Source: Patescibacteria group bacterium (GTDB taxonomy: Bacteria; Patescibacteriota; Minisyncoccia; Phycocordibacterales; JAKAEA01). Taken from it: 64,000 nucleotides of DNA. The notes under the pieces were generated by a model. It worked only from the letters and a program-made list of their open reading frames with translations. It had not been told where the DNA came from and ran no database searches. The stretch is taken from NCBI GenBank assembly GCA_040387855.1, contig JAZKCY010000001.1, forward strand, positions 910,922 through 974,921, in the 5' to 3' direction. A program made the position numbers and the translations under genes. This document shows positions 26,877-35,169 of the stretch, in pieces (position 1 is the first letter of the stretch; every line of letters begins with the position of its first letter).

Positions 26877-28733
26877 ATGAAAAAGATTATTGCCGGAATC
26901 ATTGTTTTCAGTTTTATATCAGTTAGCTTATTCGGTAATAATGCTCAAGCAGCCACAAAAACTACTGACTTACAAAAAAAGACTCCTCAAGTTGAAAGCA
27001 GTAGTGATCCTGAAGTACAGAGAGCCCCCACCCAAGAACTACGTGCTCAAGCCCGCTCAATCAATATTCAAGCACTACTTGCTCCTCAAGCAATAACAAC
27101 AACATCTCTCGGTCCCAATCTTATAGCTAATCCTGGATTCGAAAATGGAAGTCCATCACTTCCTACAAGCTGGCAAAAAAACCGTTGGTCAAACAACCTT
27201 GGTGCTTTCATGTATCCGGTTACTGGAATTGATGGATCAAAAGCCGCAAGTGTTTCAATTACTAGCTATACCGCAGGTGATGCAAAGTGGTTTTTTGCTG
27301 ATGTGCCTGTTACTGCTGGTAAAACATATGAATTTTCAAATTACTCTCAAGCGTCAATCAGTAGCATCCTAACAATAAGATACAAGATGACTGATGGTTC
27401 ATACACATACAAATATTTGAGCGCAGTTCCAGCACAATCTACATTCACTCAAAATAAATACACGATAATTGTTCCAACAAATGCAGTGGCAATGACAGTA
27501 TTTCATCTTATAGATAAAGTAGGAATATTAAGTGTAGACGATTATGAATTGCGAGAAGTAATTACAACAACAATTCCAGATCCCACTCCTACCCCATCTG
27601 AGAATCTTGTTCCCAATGGGAATCTAGAATCCCAGGCAACCAATGGTAATCCTACAGGCTGGAGTAAAAATCGTTGGGGAAATAATACAGGTTCGTTTAC
27701 CTATCCACTATCAGGAGTAAGTGGATCAAAGGCAGCTCGAGTAACAACAACAAGTTATACAACGGGAGATGCAAAGTGGTATTTTGAACCAGTAGCAGTA
27801 TCTGCTGGAACATATGAATATACCGATACCTACAGTTCAACTGTTCCTACAGAACTTACTGCACAATTCATTCACAAAGATGGAAGTATTACATACAAAT
27901 GGCTTGGTACAGCTCCGGTTACCACAGAATTCACCACGATAAAAAAATCTATAACAGTTACTGACAGTGTTGCAAAAGTCACTGTATTACATGTACTACC
28001 TGCAGTTGGTTTCCTGACGATAGATAATGTGAGTTTAGTAAAAGGATCAACTCCTACCCCACCGCCAACACTATTTAGTAATGGTGCTGTTAGCCTCACT
28101 TTTGATGATGGTTGGTTATCTCAATATCAAAACTCAGTTCCAAAAATGAACAGTGTAAACATGAAAGGTACTTTCTATGTAACAAGTCGCCAGCTTTCAG
28201 ATTTTGGATTTACGGGATTCTTTAGCAAAGATACTATCAAGACTATTTATGCTGATGGACATGAAATTGGATCTCATACGCAGACCCATCCTCACCTCAC
28301 TACGTTAAGTCAAACTCAACAGACAACCGAAATCCAAGGATCACGACAAGATCTTCTAGATCTAAATGTGGGACCAATTACTACTTTCGCCTACCCTTTT
28401 GGAGAATATAATGAGATCTCAATTCAAGCAGTAAAAAATAGTGGGTACTCATCAGCACGATCTACAATTGATGGCTATGCAACCGTAGGGACAGATAAAT
28501 ATCAGCTCCCCCGACAATCAGTAGAAGTAGATACATCAATAGAACAAATTCGGCAGTGGATCGATACAGCTATTGCAAATAAGCAGTGGCTCATCCTTGC
28601 ATTCCATAGAATAGATCAGAGCAATGATCAATATGCAGTAACACCAGCAAATTTTAATTTAATCATTGATTATCTTGCACAAAAGAATGCACGAGTTATC
28701 ACAGTAGACCAAGGAATTAAAGCTCTACAATAG
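26877..28733 (+). CDS. Secreted CBM4_9-CBM4_9-CE4 polysaccharide deacetylase.
   Basis: Two repeats of about 150 aa begin NPGFENGS / PNGNLESQ. The carbohydrate esterase family 4 (CE4) motifs follow in order: TFDDGW, HEIGSHTQTH, AYPFGEY and LAFHRI. Confidence 0.8.
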   Translation: MKKIIAGIIVFSFISVSLFGNNAQAATKTTDLQKKTPQVESSSDPEVQRAPTQELRAQARSINIQALLAPQAITTTSLGPNLIANPGFENGSPSLPTSWQKNRWSNNLGAFMYPVTGIDGSKAASVSITSYTAGDAKWFFADVPVTAGKTYEFSNYSQASISSILTIRYKMTDGSYTYKYLSAVPAQSTFTQNKYTIIVPTNAVAMTVFHLIDKVGILSVDDYELREVITTTIPDPTPTPSENLVPNGNLESQATNGNPTGWSKNRWGNNTGSFTYPLSGVSGSKAARVTTTSYTTGDAKWYFEPVAVSAGTYEYTDTYSSTVPTELTAQFIHKDGSITYKWLGTAPVTTEFTTIKKSITVTDSVAKVTVLHVLPAVGFLTIDNVSLVKGSTPTPPPTLFSNGAVSLTFDDGWLSQYQNSVPKMNSVNMKGTFYVTSRQLSDFGFTGFFSKDTIKTIYADGHEIGSHTQTHPHLTTLSQTQQTTEIQGSRQDLLDLNVGPITTFAYPFGEYNEISIQAVKNSGYSSARSTIDGYATVGTDKYQLPRQSVEVDTSIEQIRQWIDTAIANKQWLILAFHRIDQSNDQYAVTPANFNLIIDYLAQKNARVITVDQGIKALQ

Positions 28734-29709
28734 AGTAATCATCAAATTCAACATCCATAAAATCTGTACGAATGCCGGCATACCCGGCATTTGTTAATGG
28801 TGAGGGACCATACGACTCAGCTTTATCTTTTGTTTCAAGGACTAGACGCCAAACTCCGGTCTTACCTTCATCAACATAGAGACGAATAGTGACAGATGCA
28901 TCTTGATTAGTAATCACCTCACTTTTAACTCCTATCCATGTAGCAACTGGCAAAAGATTTGGTTCTGAATCTCGATCATATTTTTGATTCTTTGTACCAA
29001 ATATTTTCTTCATTGCCATCGTATAGTATGCGCCTTTAATTTTTTTCTTAATGACTGCAGCTCCATCAACTCGAATTCCTGTATAGTACAAATCATCACC
29101 TGTTTGATATCGGTTAAACAACAAGACTCCATTCGATGCATTTCGATTAGGGCTCTCACTTAGAATTAAAGAATTAATTTTAAAGTACGCTTGCTGAGTA
29201 AAATCACCCCATACATGAGTATTCACAAGACGAAAAATGTTTTGTGGGTGTGCACCATCATCAGTATCTTCTGGATTACTCCGAATATATCGCTTGTACC
29301 ACGCGTCAGAAGGAGCTAGGTCACCCTGAATTGTTTTGGCAGTTCCATTTGAAACATAGAGACGTCCCCCAGAATTGAGCCACCAATTTTTATTTGAACT
29401 TTTTGAAATCTTTGCTGATTCCTCGAGTGTTTGAGGCGTAAGAAAGGCATCAGAAAACATTCGTGGTTCAGACACAGAAGATGTAGGTTGTGGTCTTTGT
29501 AGTACTGCGATAGCTGAGGTAGCTGAAGCCGAATTTGGCAGACCATCTTCTTTTAGGAAATCTCCTCCCTCCAACTCATTAGATTCTGGATTTAATACTA
29601 TTACAGGTTTACTTTCTCTCGATAACAAAAATATAACTCCAATTCCAATGAAGACAAATAGAATATTAACGATAATGATGTTCTTATTCTTCATGCTATG
29701 CTTGAGCAC
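28717..29709 (-). CDS. Secreted hypothetical protein with a probable jelly-roll (ConA-like) C-terminal domain.
   Basis: It has an N-terminal transmembrane/signal segment and no named family. Its C-terminal region resembles the C-terminal domain of the 29728 protein. Confidence 0.45.
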   Translation of the reverse strand: MLKHSMKNKNIIIVNILFVFIGIGVIFLLSRESKPVIVLNPESNELEGGDFLKEDGLPNSASATSAIAVLQRPQPTSSVSEPRMFSDAFLTPQTLEESAKISKSSNKNWWLNSGGRLYVSNGTAKTIQGDLAPSDAWYKRYIRSNPEDTDDGAHPQNIFRLVNTHVWGDFTQQAYFKINSLILSESPNRNASNGVLLFNRYQTGDDLYYTGIRVDGAAVIKKKIKGAYYTMAMKKIFGTKNQKYDRDSEPNLLPVATWIGVKSEVITNQDASVTIRLYVDEGKTGVWRLVLETKDKAESYGPSPLTNAGYAGIRTDFMDVEFDDYSIVEL

Positions 29710-29727
29710 AGTATACCAGGATAAGCT

Positions 29728-31278
29728 CTAAAAAGCTGGTGCGATAGTGAGACTAGAAACCTCAGAATGAGCTGTAGACATGAGATCCCATATCTTAATT
29801 CCTGCTTTACCTCCCTTCTGTTTAATACTTACATTTCTAAAGAGATGATACCCATTTACATACGTAGTAATTTTGCCGTTTTTTATTTCAACTTTAAATT
29901 CAATAGGTTTATCAGTAACTCGGGTTGATGTAAAAGGTGGAACCAAATCTTTTGTAACACCCTGCACTGTACTTCGCAGGAAATAATAATTACCACTCAA
30001 ACCAAACGCAACATAATTTTGTGCGTCTTTATAGTAAAGCAATAATCCTGTAGAGGCTCCTTGTATACGATCTATATTTGCTGTAACTGAATAATTTTCC
30101 CAATAGTCTTCACCAAAAAGCACCTTTCCACTTTGATCTGGTTCTATAGTTTTTATATGTAGCCCAGTTTCCTGAATTGTAACTTCAGCATCTGTTACCC
30201 CATTTTGAGGAATAACAAAATTAGTATTTGCATAGACAAGGTCTGGTGATATTGGAGCTTGGCTATGAAGTATCTTCACAAGATCAAGCGCAGACATATT
30301 TTTAACTTCTATTCTTCGAATGAAATATGGATCTGTATCTTTATAGTTGTAAACTGGCAGTCGCAATGTTGTTACATTTGAAGGGTCATTGGCTTCGATA
30401 AATGCCATCTTAAAATACTTTCTAATCACCTTTTGGTTAAATGGGATAGCCTCTTCATAGTTTGTATGTTCTTGCTGACCATAATCATTTAATGGAATAG
30501 CATAATATTGAGCATCTAATCCTAGATTGATTTTAATATCTTGAAGTCCAGCAAGATAGTCGGCTTCTACTCGTGCCTCAAATTCTTCTGTTGTCTCAAG
30601 TCGATTCTTATCTTCTAAATACATTTTTGAATTTAGGAATCTTCCCCAATCTTCTTCATCTGATGCATTTTTAACAAGAGGAATCTCTGCATGTGAATCA
30701 CGTCCATGGGCTTCGATCTCCCATCTTCCAGAGTCTCGAAGTGTTCTCAAATCATTCCAATCCAAATAGAATGGATCTTTGTTATTAGCTTTTGCTGTAG
30801 CAACAAACATTGTTGCTTTGAAATTCAGTTTCTTTAAAACATCATCAGTTGTGTAATAACTATCTTTTCGGCCATCATCAAAACTAATGATTATAGGCTT
30901 TGGAGGAAGCGTAAATGTTCCCTGTCGGAATTGATCGTATTCAGCTACTGATATTGTGGTAAAACCACTTTGCTTTAATAGCTCCAGCTGCTGGATAAAA
31001 TTCTTTATTGTTGTATTTGTGTCATCCTTTACAGTATTTACGCCGTGATACATAAGCATTGGTACCGCTAATGCAGGAGATGACGACACACTCTGTACTT
31101 CAATATTGGCAAACACACGTGGCTTGTAGGTGTAATACTCAATTGAATATGGGTTGAGCTTTCTCAACGTATTTTGAGCCTCTGGGTAAAAAGCATTAAT
31201 CGAAATACCAATACTTACAATAAGTACTACACATAATACTAATCTAAACCACGGTGAATGTTTTATCGGGTGCCCCAT
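29728..31278 (-). CDS. Membrane-anchored CE4 polysaccharide deacetylase (PgaB/NodB-like) with a C-terminal ConA-like domain.
   Basis: The CE4 motifs are MLMYHGV, IISFDDGRKDSY and EAHGRDSH. It overlaps the upstream GT2 gene by 16 nt, which indicates translational coupling. Confidence 0.75.
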   Translation of the reverse strand: MGHPIKHSPWFRLVLCVVLIVSIGISINAFYPEAQNTLRKLNPYSIEYYTYKPRVFANIEVQSVSSSPALAVPMLMYHGVNTVKDDTNTTIKNFIQQLELLKQSGFTTISVAEYDQFRQGTFTLPPKPIIISFDDGRKDSYYTTDDVLKKLNFKATMFVATAKANNKDPFYLDWNDLRTLRDSGRWEIEAHGRDSHAEIPLVKNASDEEDWGRFLNSKMYLEDKNRLETTEEFEARVEADYLAGLQDIKINLGLDAQYYAIPLNDYGQQEHTNYEEAIPFNQKVIRKYFKMAFIEANDPSNVTTLRLPVYNYKDTDPYFIRRIEVKNMSALDLVKILHSQAPISPDLVYANTNFVIPQNGVTDAEVTIQETGLHIKTIEPDQSGKVLFGEDYWENYSVTANIDRIQGASTGLLLYYKDAQNYVAFGLSGNYYFLRSTVQGVTKDLVPPFTSTRVTDKPIEFKVEIKNGKITTYVNGYHLFRNVSIKQKGGKAGIKIWDLMSTAHSEVSSLTIAPAF

Positions 31279-32567
31279 GTTGTGTCTCTTAATTTAAATA
31301 CTGCATACGGCATTTGCCAGACTAAAGCGAATGTATACATAACAGTAAACGGAACTACATACCACCAATACTTATTATTTGATTGCCAGTAGTAAAACAA
31401 TCCATACACGAAGCTTAGTGATACAACGCCAATCAAGAATACATACGGCATTTGTTGATTCAATAAAATCTGTATTACTAATGCATTGAGTACTATAAAC
31501 GGACTAAATATTGGGAGTAACAAGTTTGTGTAGAAAGAAAGTGAGGCAATAATATTCTTTCTCCAAATAAAAGATGATGCCGCTAAACCTTCTCTGACCC
31601 ATGATTTCTTCCAACGAAGCTGTTGCTTAAAAAACTTTCGATATTTATCTGGCACAATAGTAACTGCCTTTGCAGTACTGCAATATACAACCTTCCAATT
31701 TCTAAGCACAAAGTTTGTGAGACTTCGATCATCACCAAATGTACTTCGCGTTCCCATAAACATTTGATTTCGCCATTTATCCAAAACAGTAAGCAATATA
31801 GTACGTCGATACGCAGAAAAACATCCAGGGCAGCACGTTACCGTACCAAACACACTCTCACATGCTTTGAATATATCAAATGAAACACCATATCGAGCTG
31901 ACTGCATCTTGGTTAGCGCATTTGTAGAATCATTGTCTACTCCAGTATTTCCTGCTACAGCACCAACCATAGAATCTTCTAAAAAGTGCTCCACAAGATG
32001 CTTAACTGCTGTCTTTTCAAGAAAGCTATCTGAATCCACAAATACAACTATTTCTCCAGTTGCAGCTAAAATTCCTTCTGCCATACCTTCACGCTTCCCT
32101 CGATTTTTTGCAAAAGAAATAACATTTACTGATACTCCTTTATTTTTATAAAATTCATGTGCCCGCTCCATTTCAGCTTTCGTTTTATCGGTAGAGCCAT
32201 CATCTACCGCAATGCATTCTAACGTTCCAGGATATGCAGATTGCATACAGGTCTCAATAGTTTTGTATATAGAATCCTCTTCGTTTTTTGCGGCAATTAC
32301 AAAACTCACACTTGGATATAGTGTGTCTGCATATTTTTTATAATGAGCATCTTTATAAAAAATAATAATAAGAAATCGTGATGTAAGAAAGAATCCTGTA
32401 AGGATGATATAAATCTTAACTAAAATAAACTGACTACCTCCCAGAAGCAACGTGAATTTATAAATAAAGAGAACATGAAGTAATACAAGAAACACAGCCA
32501 AAACAAACATCTTCTTTACAGAAGAAAAAGGAGATAGTAAACGTGGGAGAATTGCTTGTAGAGTCAT
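31263..32567 (-). CDS. Processive GT2 of the HasA/NodC class (hyaluronan/chitin-oligosaccharide/PNAG synthase-like).
   Basis: VSFVIAAKNEE...IAVDDGSTD is followed by CCPGCFSAYRR, FGDDRSLTNF and KQQLRWKKSW (QxxRW). The order and spacing parallel HasA and NodC, and transmembrane helices sit at both ends. Confidence 0.8.
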   Translation of the reverse strand: MTLQAILPRLLSPFSSVKKMFVLAVFLVLLHVLFIYKFTLLLGGSQFILVKIYIILTGFFLTSRFLIIIFYKDAHYKKYADTLYPSVSFVIAAKNEEDSIYKTIETCMQSAYPGTLECIAVDDGSTDKTKAEMERAHEFYKNKGVSVNVISFAKNRGKREGMAEGILAATGEIVVFVDSDSFLEKTAVKHLVEHFLEDSMVGAVAGNTGVDNDSTNALTKMQSARYGVSFDIFKACESVFGTVTCCPGCFSAYRRTILLTVLDKWRNQMFMGTRSTFGDDRSLTNFVLRNWKVVYCSTAKAVTIVPDKYRKFFKQQLRWKKSWVREGLAASSFIWRKNIIASLSFYTNLLLPIFSPFIVLNALVIQILLNQQMPYVFLIGVVSLSFVYGLFYYWQSNNKYWWYVVPFTVMYTFALVWQMPYAVFKLRDTTWGTR

Positions 32568-32573
32568 GGGAGA

Positions 32574-33320
32574 TTAGGCTGTTTTCCCTACTACTTCCTG
32601 AGGTGCTTTCATATTTACTGCGGCATAGTCTGCATTAGCTTTTTTAATTCGCTCAGCAGATAAGCTATTTAGTAAGTGTGAATTCTGAACCACACAGTGT
32701 CCTCCAATCGGACCATCCATGTATTTGAGGTAGGGTCGTACTACCTCTTTTCGACCTAGTTCTTGATACCCTTCATTATAACTGGCATTAAATTCTTTAT
32801 AGACAATATCAAAATCAAGTCCATTTTCCTCACAATATGCATGAATCTCTTTATTAAGAAGGATCATTACTCCATACTGAGTTGTATCCCAGAGCTTTGC
32901 AGCTTCGGTATCTTCTTGTCGAGATGTACACTTTGTTTTTACCCCTTTCGCCTCAAAAAGTGCTGCAGCTTCCTCGGCTCGTTCTCCACCAAAAAACTTC
33001 ACAAAAGTTCTAATTCCTTTTGCTAAATGAGGATGAACACCACGAATTGGAGAATGCACGGCGTTAAGTCCTCGTGACGTACCTAGGGGTACAGTTGAGT
33101 GAATTATTATTAAATCAGGAGTGAATTTGGTTTTATACTCATTTATAAGTGCCGCAAAATCATAATGTGCAGGATTATATGGAATAGCAATATGCATTAC
33201 ATCATAATGACCTTCTGCAATTACACCTTTATACGGATCATGACCGTCACACCCTAAGACTTCCCGAACCGCTCCTCCTACTTCCCCAAGCCCTACGACT
33301 ATTTGTGTTAAATTATTCAT
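32574..33320 (-). CDS. Short Rossmann-fold NAD(P)-binding protein resembling the N-terminal and central part of UDP-glucose/GDP-mannose dehydrogenases.
   Basis: VVGLGEVGGAV is a GxGxxG Rossmann motif. DVMHIAIP and IIIHSTVPLGTS are UGDH-like strands. GGHC is a Cys-motif candidate. The C-terminal UDP-binding domain of true UGDH is missing. Confidence 0.35.
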   Translation of the reverse strand: MNNLTQIVVGLGEVGGAVREVLGCDGHDPYKGVIAEGHYDVMHIAIPYNPAHYDFAALINEYKTKFTPDLIIIHSTVPLGTSRGLNAVHSPIRGVHPHLAKGIRTFVKFFGGERAEEAAALFEAKGVKTKCTSRQEDTEAAKLWDTTQYGVMILLNKEIHAYCEENGLDFDIVYKEFNASYNEGYQELGRKEVVRPYLKYMDGPIGGHCVVQNSHLLNSLSAERIKKANADYAAVNMKAPQEVVGKTA

Positions 33321-33420
33321 ATAATGAGTATTGTTGAGACTACCTTTAATAAGGACCCCATACTACAACACATTCTAAAAAAAGCAAGTACCGGTCTCGA
33401 CTACCACTATATTTTATGGT

Positions 33421-33723
33421 TTATATTAGGCAATGTTGAGCTTCCTCTCTAATTCTCCTTTCTATTTTGCTTTTAAAAAAAGTAAGCGCCCATGGTACTT
33501 TCGCATCTAGTATTACTTCCATCTTTCCCACTATAAGTGTTCCGGATAGTTCATATCCCTTTGTTTTAAAACTGAATGTGCATTCATGACTATCCCATTC
33601 CTCCTTAAGATTAGTTATCTCTTTCGAATACTTTTCTTTTACATTATCTAATAAATTTTTGACGCATGAGATAGCTTCTTCTTGAGTCTTATTGTGAGGA
33701 ATCTTAATAGTTATGTTTGCCAT
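33421..33723 (-). CDS. PHA_gran_rgn-like small protein (putative polyhydroxyalkanoic acid system protein family).
   Basis: The 100-aa protein has a pattern (IKIPHNKTQEEA...KYSKEI...W..H.C.F...G..L.G.L...) that fits TIGR02610-like proteins. Confidence 0.45.
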   Translation of the reverse strand: MANITIKIPHNKTQEEAISCVKNLLDNVKEKYSKEITNLKEEWDSHECTFSFKTKGYELSGTLIVGKMEVILDAKVPWALTFFKSKIERRIREEAQHCLI

Positions 33724-33789
33724 ACCTACAAAAGACGAAGTAGATGAGTGTCTGTTACGATGATTGACAGTACATCAGTTTATTTATAA

Positions 33790-34050
33790 CGTATATTCTG
33801 AACCACGTTCCCGCATGAGGTATGAAAGATGCTAGATATCATCTTGTGGCCGTTCCGTTTTCTTGGGAGATGTTGGGACAGACTTGATAGAAGGATGTGC
33901 AGGTCCCTACCCAACGTTGTGAGGATTCCATGGTGTAGGCTGTGGATCCGCAAAGACGAGTTCCATCCTTCGCTCGATATCGACACCGGTAGTAACGACC
34001 CGATGGATGTTGTGAGGCGCAGACAAATAGCTCACGAGCGTGAGCCATAA
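33790..34050 (+). other. GC-rich element of about 260-290 nt: candidate structured ncRNA or small foreign ORF (73 aa, W/R/C-rich).
   Basis: GC is about 50% against about 35% in the flanks. Several hairpins are present (AAGATG...CATCTT; GCTCAC-gagc-GTGAGC) and the element ends at its own terminator. A GAGGT ribosome-binding site lies 9 nt before the ATG at 33829. The frames on both strands give improbable proteins. Confidence 0.3.
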
Positions 34051-34076
34051 CGATAGAGTACCCCTCTATCTTTTTT
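34051..34076 (+). terminator. Intrinsic terminator ending the GC-rich element.
   Basis: GATAGAG-taccc-CTCTATC followed by TTTTTT. Confidence 0.5.
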
Positions 34077-34077
34077 A

Positions 34078-34638
34078 TTACTTAGAAAATCGAAGCTTAA
34101 TTCCAATCACCAATGCGAGCGCTACGAATGTAGAAAATGCCATCCAAGGGATAGTAATGTAACCAAATTCAACAAATGGAATCTGAGAACATGAAACTCC
34201 AGTTGCAATACATGCATCCAAAAGACTTGGATTAAACATTTGGCCGTAATAGTGGAAACCTGTTACAAGCACCCCCATGATAGAGAAAACCAATGCATAA
34301 ATATAAACAGCACTATCTGTTATCTTATATTTCCATGATCTAAACCATGCTACAAAAAAGAGTACTGCCTGAGGGAATAATAGAATTCGTGCCCACCAAC
34401 AGAATTCACATGGAATGAAGCCAATCACTGATGAATAGATGAGACTGCCTATAGTTCCTCCTATTGCAATAAGAGCAGAAAGTACCAAAGCATGTGAAGC
34501 AATTTTACTGCCAAGATCTTTATTTTTTTTATCAGGAGTTCCAAGCACTAAGATCCACAGTAAAATCACACTGAGAATATTTAATACGACAACACCTAAC
34601 GAAATAACAAATGTAATGTTTTGTGCGAATGGTGTCAT
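34078..34638 (-). CDS. Disulfide bond formation protein B (DsbB/BdbC family).
   Basis: PCEFCWWARILLFPQAVL is the BdbC CxxCWxxR motif. The protein has 4 transmembrane helices. Confidence 0.65.
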   Translation of the reverse strand: MTPFAQNITFVISLGVVVLNILSVILLWILVLGTPDKKNKDLGSKIASHALVLSALIAIGGTIGSLIYSSVIGFIPCEFCWWARILLFPQAVLFFVAWFRSWKYKITDSAVYIYALVFSIMGVLVTGFHYYGQMFNPSLLDACIATGVSCSQIPFVEFGYITIPWMAFSTFVALALVIGIKLRFSK

Positions 34639-34655
34639 AAATAATATACCTAAAC

Positions 34656-35150
34656 TTATTGAACTTTAAGAGTTGTAGTTGCTGTAGAAGTAGCACCTGA
34701 AGTTGCCGATGAAGAAGTTGTTGAAGTACCTGTAATTACATCTGCACTTGTGCCTCCAGAAAGTTCTGCCGGAAGTGGACAACTAGTTTTTTCTGAAAGC
34801 TGCTGGAGTGAAAGTTCTCCCTTGAGGATAGAACCATCTTTGAAGATCCATGTTGGATAGGTATCAATTCCCTTTTCAATACAAATAGGAAGCTGTCCTT
34901 TTCCATCTGGAGTTGAACATTCTACGTATGGAAGATTATCCTTTGAAGATCCAAATAGTTTCTTTGTAGCTTGGCAGTGTGGACACCAGAAAGCTCCGTA
35001 AAAAGTTGCTCCTTCATCTTTAAGACACTGAGTAAATGCACTGAGATCAACACGTGATGCTGGGTTTTGAGCTCGATATGTAATAAATATAAAAATCCCT
35101 AACAATGCAGCAATGCCGACAACAAATCCTATAATGTGTTTTGTTTCCAT
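34656..35150 (-). CDS. Membrane-anchored thioredoxin-fold thiol-disulfide oxidoreductase (DsbA/BdbD-like).
   Basis: The WCPHCQ (CxxC) active site is present, with an N-terminal transmembrane anchor and an S/T-rich tail. Confidence 0.65.
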   Translation of the reverse strand: METKHIIGFVVGIAALLGIFIFITYRAQNPASRVDLSAFTQCLKDEGATFYGAFWCPHCQATKKLFGSSKDNLPYVECSTPDGKGQLPICIEKGIDTYPTWIFKDGSILKGELSLQQLSEKTSCPLPAELSGGTSADVITGTSTTSSSATSGATSTATTTLKVQ

Positions 35151-35169
35151 ATGTTTATACTATTTGATT

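Noticed and set aside
33790-34076. Checked the GC-rich element for SRP RNA, RNase P RNA, tmRNA and tRNA signatures.
   Set aside because: The diagnostic motifs were not found. These are GGUCCGGAAGGAAGCAGC, the RNase P P4 sequence GGAAAGUCCGG, the tmRNA 3' T-arm/CCA and the tRNA GTTCGA box. It is left as an unclassified candidate.
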